Positions 47,866 to 61,497 of a stretch of DNA of 64,000 bases are shown here, piece by piece; the first letter of the stretch is position 1, and each line of letters starts with the position of its first letter. Origin of the DNA: Antedon mediterranea (taxonomy: Eukaryota > Animalia > Echinodermata); assembly GCF_964355755.1 (NCBI RefSeq), contig NC_092672.1:24317237-24381236 (forward strand), given 5' to 3'. A model generated the notes under the pieces. The model ran no database searches. It was not told the DNA's origin and was given only the letters and a program-made list of their open reading frames with translations. A program made the position numbers and the translations under genes.

Positions 47866-50809
47866 AAGCATAAGTTTCCTAAACAGAAAGAAAGTTATGA
47901 AGATGAGATAAATTATAAAATAAAATTAATATTAATCCCTACCGTTTGTCGACCCTCAGTCACCGAGATTAATTTGTTTAGCATTGGGAGTACATTAACA
48001 TAAAGTATGTCAATTAAGGTCCAGGGACCACCAAATGGCCATTCGTAAGTTTCCATCTCTTTACCAACATTCAAGGAAGTGGCCCAAATAAATACGCTCA
48101 AATTGAATTAGATAGTATTTATAAGCATTTATAAGCATTTATATACATCCACATCGTATTTTCGATTTGTGTGTCATCATTATCAACTGTCTTTTACGTT
48201 TTCTATTACTTTTATTTTGTTTATGTGCTTGTGGAATTAACATTTTTTTAGATGAGAGAGATACCACCTAATTTCACTATCATGGGATGCCCATTGACAT
48301 CCTTATACCACACTCGATTCACCAGGGACAAAAAGTAGTGAGCCCTCTATCGGCAGCCAATCGTTTTTGCACACGAGACAGCGTGGACAATTACCCGGAA
48401 GCAATTTTGTTTTGAAAAGTAAATCTTAGGTTTTTGCAAACTGGCCAATTGGAACTTTTGGTTTTATTTACTAATGAATAATTCATGAAAACCTTTGACA
48501 AGGCATCTACGAACCACGTGATATTGTTTTTTAATCGACGAACCCATTATATTTGTGTGAAACAAGGGTGAATTACACCGATGTTTTTTAAACAATTTTA
48601 GGCTATTCGAATGTTAAAATTTCGTCTAATTTGTTGAGGCTGTAATAAAACAACGCAATTTTTTGAGAAGGTGGGTTTTATAGTTTCTGAATATTTGATT
48701 TTTCAATAGTAGTTAATAAAAAAATCTCGTTGGGGTTATTTTTTATTTTTTTTTAATGGCTGCTTAAACATGTGCCTTCTTGGGTATTTCACTATTGAAA
48801 ATGGAACACATGGTTGTAGCTAAAATCATTTTTTACGCCATAAGATAAAAAATTTGGTTTTGTAAATTAATAAGGGCAACATATAATATACAGGAAAGCT
48901 GTTTTTAATCATAAAACTCTACAAAGCCTCTTTTTTTTTTATTTATAAATCAATATAGTCTAGGCCTAGTAGTACAGTAGGAGAGCCAGGCTTTAGCCTA
49001 TAGTGGGGTAGTGCGTGCATTATTGGCGCGTGTTCATTGTCGGGCGCGCGTTGTTTATAGGCCTAAGAAAATAAGTAAAATATACAAATATAATTAAATA
49101 ATGATTATTATTAATTGAATGTTGTTTTTTTTTTACAGACCACAGAGGATTGTTCTACATACTTCAATACAAATAGCATTAAATCAACAACAATTTCTTA
49201 TGAGTCATATTAATTGCTCTGGCATATAATGTGAAAAAGCACTATTAATACTGTAATAATGGATATCTATAGATGTATTGCCAAAAAGACATTTTATTTT
49301 TTAAAAACTTTAACTTATCCTAATTTACTTATTTAAAGGTTCAAGTGGCGGTTGGTTGTTGTGCAGTAGTTTAATAAAGTTTAAATGTACATTTCAAATC
49401 GGCAAATAAATAATGGTAATAGGCCTACAGTACTACAGTAAAGAAAATCTTTTCGAAGATTAGGCTTAGTACAAAAGATGTTAGCTAAGTTGATGTAGAA
49501 AACTTGTTGTCTGATTTTTAAGGTGAAATTTGTGATAATATTAAAAGTTAAAATGTTAATTGGTGTGTATTTGTATTTCATTTATTGCTCCATTATTATA
49601 ATAAAAAGCAGGGAACCATGAAATTTCATTTAGCTCCGATAAAAAGTAAACATTTTCAGCATATACTGTACTTAAATAAATCATATGTTAGTGACAGGTG
49701 ACATTAACAGATTTATTATGAGATTACTAGTAAGCCTACTAGTAGGTTTAGCTCTATTCATAAAAATAATGACATTATATACTGTACATTAATTAATTAG
49801 CCTAGCTAGGCCTAACTAATTTACTGATTTTTCAGTATTTTACCAAGTCAACCGTTCAGGCATGCAGACAGTCCTCACTTCACACTAATCTTAATTTTAA
49901 GAAAAATGAAAGTTCAGCACTTTATTTTAAAATTTATAAGCCCATATTATAAGATTCTGCATCATCCACTTAACAAGAACTAAAATCGAGAGCCCAGTGA
50001 TAGAGCGCATCTTCCGACGTTCTCGTCGCCTAAGGAAACGAGTATTCCAGCCCTGCCGCCTCTTCCTAGGCCTACGCGCACCGCACTTTCGCTCAAAATA
50101 CACTATCTTCAACTCCTTATAGAATTTGTTTGAAAAATAACCCCAAGCTTATATTTGGAAATCTTTGAAAATGCATATAAGACTATATTATAGCGTTTTC
50201 AGAATTTCATTTAAAAATTGCAAATTAATGTTAGCTATTTTAACAGATTAGTTAGTTTTCACTTTTTTATTTTCGCCGTATGACTCGCTTTGTTTACGTT
50301 TACATTTGGCTTAGACGTTTATCTTAGAATTCGAATCAATTAATCCATAATCAACTAAAATTGCTATTGTTGTGGTTTTTGTTTAATATAAATGTTCTTA
50401 ATAAACAGAAATAAATCAAACAACAATATAATTTAATATAAATCCGTTAAAAGGGAAATTTAGACAGCCTATAAAACACGGAAGTCAGAACTCGCGTCGC
50501 TCGAAATGCTCGGGAACTTTCTATTTATAGCCAATCGAAAAAGGCTCCGGCTAACTTAAACAATGAAAACGGCTCTCGGAACACTTAATGTCCCATTTTC
50601 GCTGTTTGACGTGGATGTGATACCAATACCACAAGCGACAGACATTTTGTCTGCTGCAATGCCCATCAGACCCGCTGAGGGAGGGCCTAAAAATGGGGTT
50701 AGCATAGAATAGTAAGGTACCACTCAAAATTAATGCCAAATGAACAAGTTGTGTTCATACAATACTAAATGGGTAACGACAGACTAATTGTCTGCTGCAC
50801 CGCAAGTGC

Positions 50810-51020
50810 CAGACACCCTAAAGTTTGACTGGAGACCCCCTTCCCCCAACTGGCCTAGATTAGATATTGTAGATACCACCAGCAACCAAGGCAGTGGTTG
50901 TATATATAGGCCATTTCATATTCATTACAGGTTGGTTGCTGATGGTATCTACAATATCTAAGGTTACATATGGTATACTTATGGTAAAGGGAGTCTCTAG
51001 TTAAACTTTAGAGGGGTCTG
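50810..51020. mobile_element. Foldback MITE-like element
   Basis: Outer imperfect arms CAGACACCCTAAAGTTTGACTGGAGAC and GTCTCTAGTTAAACTTTAGAGGGGTCTG; inner 30-bp arms at 50860-50889 and 50932-50961 with one mismatch. Confidence 0.7.
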
Positions 51021-51224
51021 CCTGGGCCAAGGATAGTGTAATACTGTAGGTCATTTCGTATACCTTACAATGTGCTAAATCATATAACATTGGTTGCTGT
51101 CGTTGGTTATATTGGTATATATGGTATATATACATGGTTACGTAAACAAGAATAGAAAAAAAAATATATAAAAAAAAAATCAATTATCGTAGAGTATATA
51201 ATATGCATCATTCAGTTAAACTAT

Positions 51225-52000
51225 GGTCGTGTTTATACAACACCCTAAATTTGAACACGGCTTAAATTTTTAGCGTGTTGTTCGGACCGAGGTCAACCCA
51301 CCTTAACGTTTGCTGTCACGATACCATGTTGTACCGGAAGTTTCATCAACACGCAGTGCATGCTAGGATAAAAGGTCAAATCGTTGATCGCTTGAATTGA
51401 ATTGTTGACTGGGTTGTTGTCAACAAATCATCGTCGCCTCCTCGCTGTCCGATGTATTCGCGCGGTTTTTACCATTTTCATTATTGTATTCGTTCACGTT
51501 TGCATTGTTGTTTATTTTGTTCTCGGTTCATTTAAATTAATAAAAGTTATTTTAAGGGTTTCATTGTTTCATCTATACACTATGGAAGAAGATGCCATTT
51601 TTGCGATGTTATTTTTTATTCTGTTTGGAGTGGGAAACGATAGTCTATAGAGGCCTACCACCACTACGAGTACGAGTTGGCCCTACCAGGCTAGGCGTAA
51701 GACGTGGTAGGAGGATGATTGCTGGCAGCGAAACAGCAATAAATGGGCCCAATCTTGTTAGACGTCGCATGACATGATTGATATTACGACCTGTTTTAAC
51801 GAGAGGTCAAAATATACCCTGAGGACACTTCCAACACGGTAACGGCGACCGGGAATCCACCAAATTTTAGGATTCAGCCAAGTACTGTAGCCTTTTTTGC
51901 AATTAAAATCTCATTACACGGAATCTCTTTGTTGTCATACAACACACTTCTCGTAGGCGTGTAGAATATGCGTGTAATAGCGTGTTGTATAAACGCGCCC
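51225..52000. mobile_element. Internally deleted inverted sibling of 39106-43715
   Basis: GGTCGTGTTTATACAACAC ... GTGTTGTATAAACGCGCCC; blocks match 43620-43714, 41115-41450, 39530-39762 and 39107-39180 in reverse. Confidence 0.85.
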
Positions 52001-52001
52001 T

Positions 52002-52132
52002 AAGTCTCGTTTGAGGCTTAGGGAGTGAAAGAGTGTGAGTTATAACCATATATGGCGGCACTAAATCAGGATTGAACCCCGGACCTTGGGATTGTAAGGC
52101 AAACACCAACCTCCATGATACAGCTCCACTCC
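52002..52132 (-). mobile_element. tRNA-derived short element, divergent subfamily
   Basis: GGAGTGGAGCTGT...GGGGTTCAATCCTG...CTTTCACTCCC followed by TAAGCCTC/GAGACTTA hairpin. Confidence 0.55.
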
Positions 52133-52629
52133 AATGGCTGTCAATGGTGAAAACATAACGGCACACAACATAACATAAACATGCTTCGTAGTTTCTTTTC
52201 TCCAACTACAATTTGGTTTCTAATTACTCCTGTAAACAATGTGCATTATGATGATTACGTCATTTTACAGACAAAGGAAACTTTATAGTATGCGTTTTCA
52301 TAAATAGGTGAATAAACATATACAGTACATATTTGTTTTTTTATTGACGAGGTTGTAATACTAACTTCAGTGTAACTCTATTACAGTACAGATATTTATT
52401 TGTTATACGACACAAGTCAAGTGTATCTGATAGGTATAGTGCATTTATGCGAAAAAATAAGTCTAGATAGATCACTTAGGCGTCTGAAATCACGGCCCAA
52501 CAAATCAGTACTCATGACAGCAATTCGATCTAGTTTTGTTCACACAAATGTTTCCAGGAATTTTAACACCGCAACCAATGATTAGCCCTAAATATTTAGT
52601 AAACTGTATGATATTGATAATCCCTAGCT

Positions 52630-53065
52630 TAAAATTGAAATAAGTTATCATTTGTTACACTTAAAAGATTGGAAACGTAAAAATATATTCACAAAATTTC
52701 GTTTAGGAGTGTTAGATTTGGAAATAGAAAAGGGAAGATGGAACAAAATTCCACTTCAAAACCGTTTATCTAAATTATGCAATATGAATTCTATTGCAGA
52801 CGAATTTATTTCATTTTATGTTAGTCTGTCCATATTATTCCGAACTCAGAAACTTATATATTCCTAATTTTTATCACACGTTCCCTTGTTTAAATAAGTT
52901 TTATTTTTTAATGTACAACACTAGAGTAGTCAAAGATTTAGCAAATTTTGTTTATCTAGCTTACGAAAATAGAAAATATTATTTTGCAACCCAACCAGGA
53001 AATATTATTGTATGATTTGTATGTAATATAAGGGCCAGAGGCCTAAATATTATGGAAATAAAACC
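52630..53065 (+). mobile_element. 3' end of a LINE ORF2 (RTEX/CR1-group-like), frameshifted
   Basis: FTKFRLGVLDLEIEKGRWNKIPLQNRLSKLC...DEF/HFMLVCPYYSELRNLYIP...LANFVYLAYENRK; 3' GGCCAGAGGCC and AATAAA. Confidence 0.85.
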
Positions 53066-54530
53066 CCGTTAGGGGAACGAACGAACGATAAGAGGTACAC
53101 TATACAGTTTAATTCAGTGCACAAACTGCAGTGTTCGCAGCTTTCACGCTACAGTAATTTCACTGCAGACTTCGTACGCAGTTGTTTACCGCTTGAAGAT
53201 TTGGACGCTTACATTACTGATAGGATAGTCACATTATAGCGGTGTCATGAACACGGGATCAGATAATTCAAACACAAGTTTAATAGTAGAGTAAAGCAAT
53301 GTTAATGCATACTGTACAAATGGTAAATATGTGATAACCGTTGTTACACAAAACCCTATCTGCACTACTTGTGTTACGATTACAATCTGATATAATGAAA
53401 GTTACCAGGCATATGTGTGTAAACCGTGTGAATCTGTCTCGCTGCGCTAGTCAAATTTACATGGACACCCAATTATTTTACCAATTAAATATCATGTTTT
53501 GTTTAATTATATAAAACAAAATTAGACTTTTTAGTTTCCTCAATATTTGGACTTTAAAATGATATGTGATTTTAAATGTATAATTAGATGTGATATTTGT
53601 ATAGCCAATTTACAATCGGGTTGAAGACCTGCTAGTCCCTCTCGACGGCGGACACGCAATATAATTTTTTTTAAGTGCATGGACTCTACGCGTCGAAGTA
53701 TGGGTGGCTACACTGTAAAAGGTAGCAAAATTGTGATTTCCGACGAGATAACACATATTTAAGTTATGTGATTTATGAAAATATATGAAGCTTTCATTTT
53801 TAAACATTTTACCGTTTGAACCAGATACATCCGACGATTATTAGTGGAGAGAACTAAAAAACACGCTGGAAATGGGGGTTTTTGCACAATTTGGCCGCGT
53901 TTTCAAGGTATACAGCGCTTGTGTCGCTTTTTTTTACGGAATAAAATTGCAATATTTAAAACGTGGTTTTTTTTAATTATCAAAAGTGATCATTGTCACA
54001 ATCTGGTCAAAAGCCATATATATTCTATCTCTTAGTGTACGTGAATTCTGTAATCCGATTGGTCAATAATTATGTATGAGATATAATTCCGTATTACGCC
54101 CATTTACTCAGTCAAGCGGATCAGAAGGGTAATATATCTCGTATTACCTGTTTGATGTTTCTACGCGCGCGTTGTTTATGTATTGTATTTTTATCGTTGA
54201 GCGCATGCGTAGTTGTGATTTCAACCATCGAATATGAACCCGTATTCGACAGTCCGTCAAAAAAGCTATATGACAGAAGAAGATGCTGTATAAATTGTTT
54301 TTTTTTTCTTTGTCTCTTGTTCTTTGTCTCGTGTACACTAAGAGATAAAATCGTATTAGGTATGAAACAGAAAAGATAGGCCTACTGTACATCCTATAAT
54401 AGAATTTAAACAGAGTAGCAGGCCGATTAACATACATCTTAAAATGGAATTGCGAAAAATAAGTAACGCCGTGGGTTCGAACAATACTTATTCAAACTCA
54501 TGAACAATTTGGTATTTGGTAAAACAATGA

Positions 54531-54660
54531 AAGATGTACGACTTAGAACCAGTGTAGGTATAGGGAGAATGAAGATGAAAGGAAATAGTATAGTAAGATG
54601 TACGACTTAGAACCAGTGTAGGTATAGGGAGAATGAAGATGAAAGGAAATAGTATAGTAA
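54531..54660. repeat. About 64-bp direct tandem duplication
   Basis: AAGATGTACGACTTAGAACCAGTG...GGAAATAGTATAGTA twice. Confidence 0.9.
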
Positions 54661-56269
54661 ACCAAACTTGACAACCTTAAATATATTTCCTGATGGAATC
54701 ACTGCTTACAAAATAAATAAAACGATTAAGTTATTGTGAAATGGCCATATTAATTTACAGAAAAGTTTAATGTATCACTTTTACTATAATAATAATATTT
54801 TAAGGTGAAGTACCAGTATAGAGAAAATGTAAACATGCTATGATACTGATAGTATAATTATTGAAATAAAAACGAAAGATGATTTTAGTGATTAATGGTA
54901 ATGATAGATGAGAAGTACGTATACAGAAAATAACAATGTCAATATATGAATAGGGCATATGATTAAAAGAACTATGATAAGTATCAACCCATGCTATGGA
55001 GCGATAGGGAAAAAGAAAAAAGACGAACTCAAACTGTGATGATAGATAACCTGAGCAAATATAAAAGCAACTGACAATAGAAAAAGATAGAAATGGAGAG
55101 CTTTGGAGGAGTGATGTGTCCTGCAGTATGAAAAAAGAAAAAAGCGTCATCACCACGTATATATTTTAGAATATTCTAAAACAACCTTAACTTGTGGTCA
55201 TATAAGATATCTTCGATTAATTGTGATGAATTAGATGAATTTTGGTTATGTATAACTTTATATTTTAAATCCGAAAAAACAAAACGATTTTAAATATTGT
55301 TTACATTTTCTCACGTCTTTTTAGTAAGCCTGTGATATTAATAATAATTAATTAATAGGCCACAACCTTCTTATAAATGTCTGCAATTTATTACATTTAG
55401 TACATGTAGTTCTGACTTGCAGTAATCTCAACCATGATCCTTTTTTTAGATATTAGGCCTACATTCGTATGACTACCGTATTTATTCGAGAATAAAGCCC
55501 ATGTGGTGTTCGAGAAAGTAGGCCTACACGTCGGTATTACTTTTTAAATCATTATTATATGGATTTATAATTATATTATTATTAGTATTCGCATGGACTC
55601 CCATGGAATTAGGCCAACGTCACGTCAGTAATTTCCAAGGTACGTCTTCTCAAGATTATTGCAGGTCATCTTTATGGTCGACTGATTACGTATAATCGGC
55701 ATGCAGCGGTCGTCGTTATTAGTCGTAACACATGTGGAAAGTTTTCAAGAATCAAACACGTGTCAGTCTAGCTAGGCCTAGTTATTTTACATATTTTAGT
55801 ACGGTTAACTTTAAGTAAGCACGATGACTGTTTAGGAGAAAAGAGTAATGATATGCCCTACTGGACTAGCTGGGCCATTCTAACACTACCAAAAAGACAA
55901 GAATATTTTAGACCGTAAGTACAGACAGTAGGATGCAACTCTCCTCCTAGGCCGGCGCGTGTGTCCTGCTCTCCTCCTGGACCTAGGTTCATGCTGTAGG
56001 CCTAACTATAATAGATTGATGTCTATCACATCAGTTTTCCGACTGGAGGAGGACTTGATGATTTTAAGATTGAATGCCTGGGCCAGATCATTAAAGAAAG
56101 TAAAAATCTCAGTATCAAAATAGATCAAAACATTAATTTGACTATTGCAAGGGCTTTTTAGAGTAGTTTTTTAGGGAAATTTAAGTTTACGGGTACATAC
56201 CTGTATCATAGACTATTGACTGTGCCTGTGTGTAGATCTGGTAATTTACGAAATAGACATTTTACTTAA

Positions 56270-56861
56270 AGACACTAGTAAACCTGCACTTGTTTATGTT
56301 TTGTAAAAATAATGCATACATATAACTTGAATAACATTAAACCAGGTCATTTCTTGTCTTAAATGTGCATTTTAATTACGATAAAAAGAGAAAAACAATG
56401 GACTACCTAAGTAGTAGTTCTCTTGTAGACGTTTCTAGGCCTAGCTTAATAGTAGGCTTAGTTTTGACTTTTGTAGGCCTATAGATGGTAAACAGCAGTA
56501 ACCTACGAACATCGTACGCTATATAATAGGCCTAGCCTGACGATGTCTTGTTGCTGAATTGTCTTTCCTTCTTTGGCAGAATCCATTAATACAAATTGGG
56601 GAAGAACTGGTATTTCCGCTGAAAATTTACGGTTCTTATAATTGTTTTCCCTTTCATGCGATCGGTCGAAGTATTTTATAACAAAAATATAAAAATATCA
56701 ATCCGCACGCGATGCATGTTGGGATTTATACCGGGCTGCTAAAATGATAAGAATCAACTTATTTTTTACATTTCTTAACTGATTAAATATGTATATAGTA
56801 TTAACTTTTTCATAAAATGTAGTGTGTGACCATAAGTAAAAAAAGCACAAGTCTAGTGTCT
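56270..56861. mobile_element. Kolobok MITE
   Basis: TTAA|AGACACTAG ... CTAGTGTCT|TTAA; internal blocks shared with 62960-63383. Confidence 0.8.
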
Positions 56862-57029
56862 TTAAAATGGACCTAAAATGAATTTTCGATTTTTTTCATT
56901 TTCGAATGGTGTTTTCCAGTTAAACAAAACTTTTTAAGTTCCTCCATTCGGCCTCACCATTGTTTTCCAGTTAAATAGTTCCTCCAAGTTCTCAAAATAA
57001 AATGATATGCTTAATACAAAATGTTGATT

Positions 57030-57203
57030 CATGAACACATTGGTGCATCTATCTGGGATGTATTGTTAGGATGTTAAATGTATCTGACGCAGTTGAACTT
57101 TGATGTGCTTGTCATGAACACATTGTCTCGTGCATCTATCTGGGATGTATTGTTAGGATGTTAAATGTATCTGGCGCAATTGAACTTTGATGTGCTTGTC
57201 ATG
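57030..57203. repeat. About 86-bp direct tandem duplication
   Basis: CATGAACACATTG..GTGCATCTATCTGGGATG...GTGCTTGTCATG twice. Confidence 0.85.
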
Positions 57204-59240
57204 CTTCCAGGATTTTTAACGATTGTTGTCCACTATCTTGCATACCATCATTAAAGGACGTTTTCTTGCATGTGCCATGAAGTCATATGATCCCTCTTCT
57301 TAGACTGTACGTTACGACAGAGTAATTAAATTGTCCGAATGTGGTTAAACAACTTTTATATTTTTTCTAAACATTTAATAACATATTTTATTGTTACTGT
57401 AGCTTGAATTATTATAAAAATAAATTACAGCCTATTACCGTATGCAATTGCTATCATTTAAAAAATTCATGCGATCTCAAACAGTATAAAATCAAATTTA
57501 TTTATGATAGAAATTTCATGATAGAATGTGCCTTTGATAATCTTTTTGAAATTGGTCTATATAAATGTTTGGTTATTATTATTATTGTAGAATTTACAAA
57601 AGCAACAAACAATGAACGCTTTTTTTTTTAATTTGCGAATTTTCTGACTTGCTGTATTATTTTATTATTATCAAGCAAAGTACAGAATATAACTGTTTAT
57701 AATATATTTAATAGTAGCTTCATTTATTGGAATCAAAATATGCTTCAATCAAGATGCCTATTGGCTGACTCAGCAGCTGGTTATCTAATGTATACATTTT
57801 AGTTTTCTTATAGTTGTTTAACTTCATAGGTAGAATAATCTTGTTGTCATGCTGTATGTCATTGAATTGAATTTGTACATATATAGAACAACTTTATTAG
57901 TTTCTTTGTATTAATAGTTCATATGATCATTAGCTTTTGTTTTGCCTGTAAACATTCAGTTGGTTAGATTTTTTCTTGTCTCTGATTATAACTACTAATG
58001 ACTTGTTTAATAATGGATTTATTCAATACCTAATTGTATATAGTAAGAACATACTGTTATCATCTTTTTTTGATTTGTGCATTATATTTGGTTTTATAGT
58101 CAAACCGGTTTCAAGAGCATTATTCAACATGTATATAGATTCACGAAATGTAAAATTGTCATAATAAAAATCACAAAGAAACCTATGTTGGATCGCATTT
58201 TACTTTATTTCACCCGTTTTTAACTGTACATGAGACAGTATGCGTTTTAAAAGGGAATCCCAGAGTTCAGCTGTACTTGTTACATGATATTGGCTGGTGG
58301 TCTAGAGCTGTTTTGAATCCTCTGAATAAAAACAGTACCCCAGTAAAAAATGTCTGGACATATAAACATTCCATAATTCCCAAATTCCGAACCCCTGTAC
58401 GTGAGCTATTTACATTTACATCAGAGCCGAAACTAGCCCTTGATCCTCACAGTGCCTCTCTGTATTAAACTACAAAATGATAAAATAGCATCTCAAACCA
58501 ATCTATTGAAAATGTAAAAACAAATCTGATAAACTCAACTAATGTTAAACTGATTATGGAATTTCTTGACTTAAGTTGTAGATTGTATACCTTCCAAGCC
58601 ATGTATCATAATGAAATGATTTTAATCAAACATTTTTATTTATTAATACTTTGTATGAACCTCATCTTATTCAGTGTTTGAGTATTTTTAATAATTCCAA
58701 GTAAAAATACATTGTATTTTCAGAAGACCTTAACCAATCATTGTTTTTACATAAGGTACCTTGATACACTTGTTTTTTTTACCTACAAAATGGTAATTCA
58801 CGTGGGTTTGTAGTTCTAATCAACTATATTAATTATTATAAAACAAAGACAACAATATGGTGTAAATTTTACAGAATATATTGAATTGCCCTGGTTATCA
58901 GATAAAAGTGTTGGTCTTTTGTACAACAATTTGCATTCAAGTATTAATATAGAAAAAGCATTATATATTTTAGATTTGTTTGCATTTCAGCATTACCTAC
59001 TTGTAGAGCTAGAATTATTATATTATTCATTGATAGAGGAGGCATTGGTTGAGGAAAGTGTTGATAGATGAGACATTTATTTACTCAATTAGAGGAAGGG
59101 ATAGTATATAGGTTTTATTTTTTTATTTTTTTATTTTTTTATTTCATACTCATCCAACAGCGAGTAACCCGCCAATTACAGGATGGATAAACTATTTAAT
59201 AATTTCACAAGACAAACATATACACAAGATGCTCTACATA

Positions 59241-59381
59241 AACAAAGACTTATTATTAAGTCTTTGGGAGTGGAGTTGTAAATTGTCATGAGAAAAAAAC
59301 CCTGACATATGACAGGACTTGAACCCAGGACCCTTAGATTGGTAGCCAAGCATCATAACCACCAAGCCACAGCTCCACTCC
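59241..59381 (-). mobile_element. tRNA-derived short interspersed element
   Basis: GGAGTGGAGCTG-TGGCTTGGTGG (A box)...GGTTCAAGTCC (B box)...ACAACTCCACTCCC-AAAGACTT-AATAAT-AAGTCTTT-GTT. Confidence 0.78.
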
Positions 59382-59382
59382 A

Positions 59383-59556
59383 AGGTTGAGTTTAAAGCCA
59401 CAATCTACAGATGATCCCAATGATTGCTTCATTCTTTGCCCTTGTGATGAGCTGTCAACATTAGAGGAAGGGATAGTATTTAGGTTGAGTTTAAAGCCAC
59501 AATCTGCAGATGATCCCAATGATTGCTTCATTCTTTGCCATTGTGATGAGCTGTCA
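59383..59556. repeat. 99-bp-period direct duplication
   Basis: AGGTTGAGTTTAAAGCCACAATCT.CAGATGATCCC...GATGAGCTGTCA twice. Confidence 0.85.
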
Positions 59557-61497
59557 CACAAGTTTCTTTTTATCATTAAGTATCTACCACTAGTATTCAA
59601 ATAACTCACAATATTATCATCATGTTTTTATGTCTGTGAAAAGAAGCTGTGTATTTATTAATGCAGTTTACTTTAATATAAAATATTTTTATTTGAATTG
59701 AAAAATTGTTTTTTTTTATAACTTAAACAAGCATTATACATTTTTTTTGTATTTTCTTTCAGTTTAGCAATACAATGGATCTCCATGAATGGCTGGTTAA
59801 TCTTTGTGCAAAAAATGGTCTTGAGGTAGGCAAGTTTACACTGTTTTAGGATAATAGCATTTAACCAGCAACAATTATAGCAACATTATCACATTAACAA
59901 CTTAATAAATTGTTCTATTAGCTTATGTTATGGAATCAAAAGAGAACTAAAACAAGTAACTAAATAAATTAAATAGTGAAAAAATTACAGTATTAAGCTG
60001 CTTTCACATCGCGCCCGGATTCGGTCCGGTGGCCTGAGAAAATTATCGTGGAAAATGGGTTCAGTGGTAAAGCATAAGGTCGTTCACACCAAATTCGTAC
60101 GATTTGAATCCGTACCTGATTCGGGCTCCGAATTCGTAGCGATGGATCACGAAGCCATTTCTTTTCTGAAATCGTACGATTTTTTTCTTTCGACCAATCA
60201 AAAGCGAGCATGAATGACCTTTCTTGCGAGGAGGAGGAGAGGTTGTCTGCTCTTTTCCGCGCCACGATCATAAAATCAATGTGCGACGTGAATTTTGGTG
60301 GAGCCCCTTTCCTTTTTTAGTGTTATTTGCTCGAACAATTGTTTTTTTTTAAAGCATAGCCGTATCCTGCAATTAGCTGGAATCATACTTTAGATTATTA
60401 AGATAAGTATATTTCTGTTATTAATACTAGTTAGTTACTAACTAGGCTAGTGTAGGCCTAGCCTAGCCTAGGCCTGCTAGCTACAGCAGCTAGCAGTACG
60501 CTATAGGCTAGTAGTTAGTGCGCGATCTGATCTCCATGCAACCATCATCAGACGGTAGGTCGGTAGGCGCGCTGTTTTCATCCTAGCATTAGGCCTAGGT
60601 TAGTTAGTTATTAATTTAGTTATACCGTTGGGTCGCTTCTAGGCCTACATCCCGCTTGACTTTGTACTCTCGTCTCTGCTCTGTATCTAAAAAAGGTAGG
60701 CTATAGCCTAGCCTAGCTAGAGGTAGGCCTAACTAGCCTAATAATATGCCTAATGTTTTTTTATAAATTTAACAAGGAAACTAGGCTAGGCCTACCCTAG
60801 GCCTAGCTAGGGACCTAGGCTAAGTTAGGCCTAGCCTAGGCTAGTTACTGCGAATAGAATTATTATAACTATTAGGCTAGGCCTAGCTAGAGGCTAGCCT
60901 AGCTAGAGGCCTTATTTAGATTATAGATAGGCCCCCCTGGCTACTTGTTAATAATGGATGTCTTTTATTAATTATTAATATTATTTTGTGATCTGATATG
61001 GCCCATATTTTATTTAGGGCCTATGAGGCCTGATTTATTTTTATGTCAACTGTTTTTATTGACTAGCCTAGGAATTATTATATTGACGATTGTAAGTAGG
61101 CTAGGCTAGTGAGGGTCTCTAATGATCAGCTTCAGCCATCTGGATAGACCACCTTTGTTAAATAAAATGATAATCCTGCTTATCTAAATTATTTCTAGTA
61201 GGCCTAGGCTATACCCTAGGCCTAGTGTCTTTGATTTTAAAACAAATGTTTTTTATTGTTTCTTTTTTGGTTTAATCCCTCCCAAAAAACAACCTTGGCC
61301 TATATATTTTTCATAAGTGATGGGGGTTTAATTTTCAGTCTTCCTTCTGCTTATCCCAACTGAGTTTGACAAAAGACAAGTGCAATAATAATAATTGAGT
61401 ATTAAGTATTGGTAGCAAGTTATATAGTTAGGTATCTAGTACTATACACCTTTCTATTCAATTAATATATTTTTTAAACTACCGTTATTATTTAGAA

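Noticed and set aside
48325-50594. GGGACA..TGTCCC bounded element (ISL2EU/Harbinger-like)
   Set aside because: TIR match is short and the flanks give no TSD; probably a repeat, but boundaries are unsupported.
59764-59825. Short + strand exon ending MDLHEWLVNLCAKNGLE|gt
   Set aside because: Plausible splice signals, but too short and no partner exon is visible.
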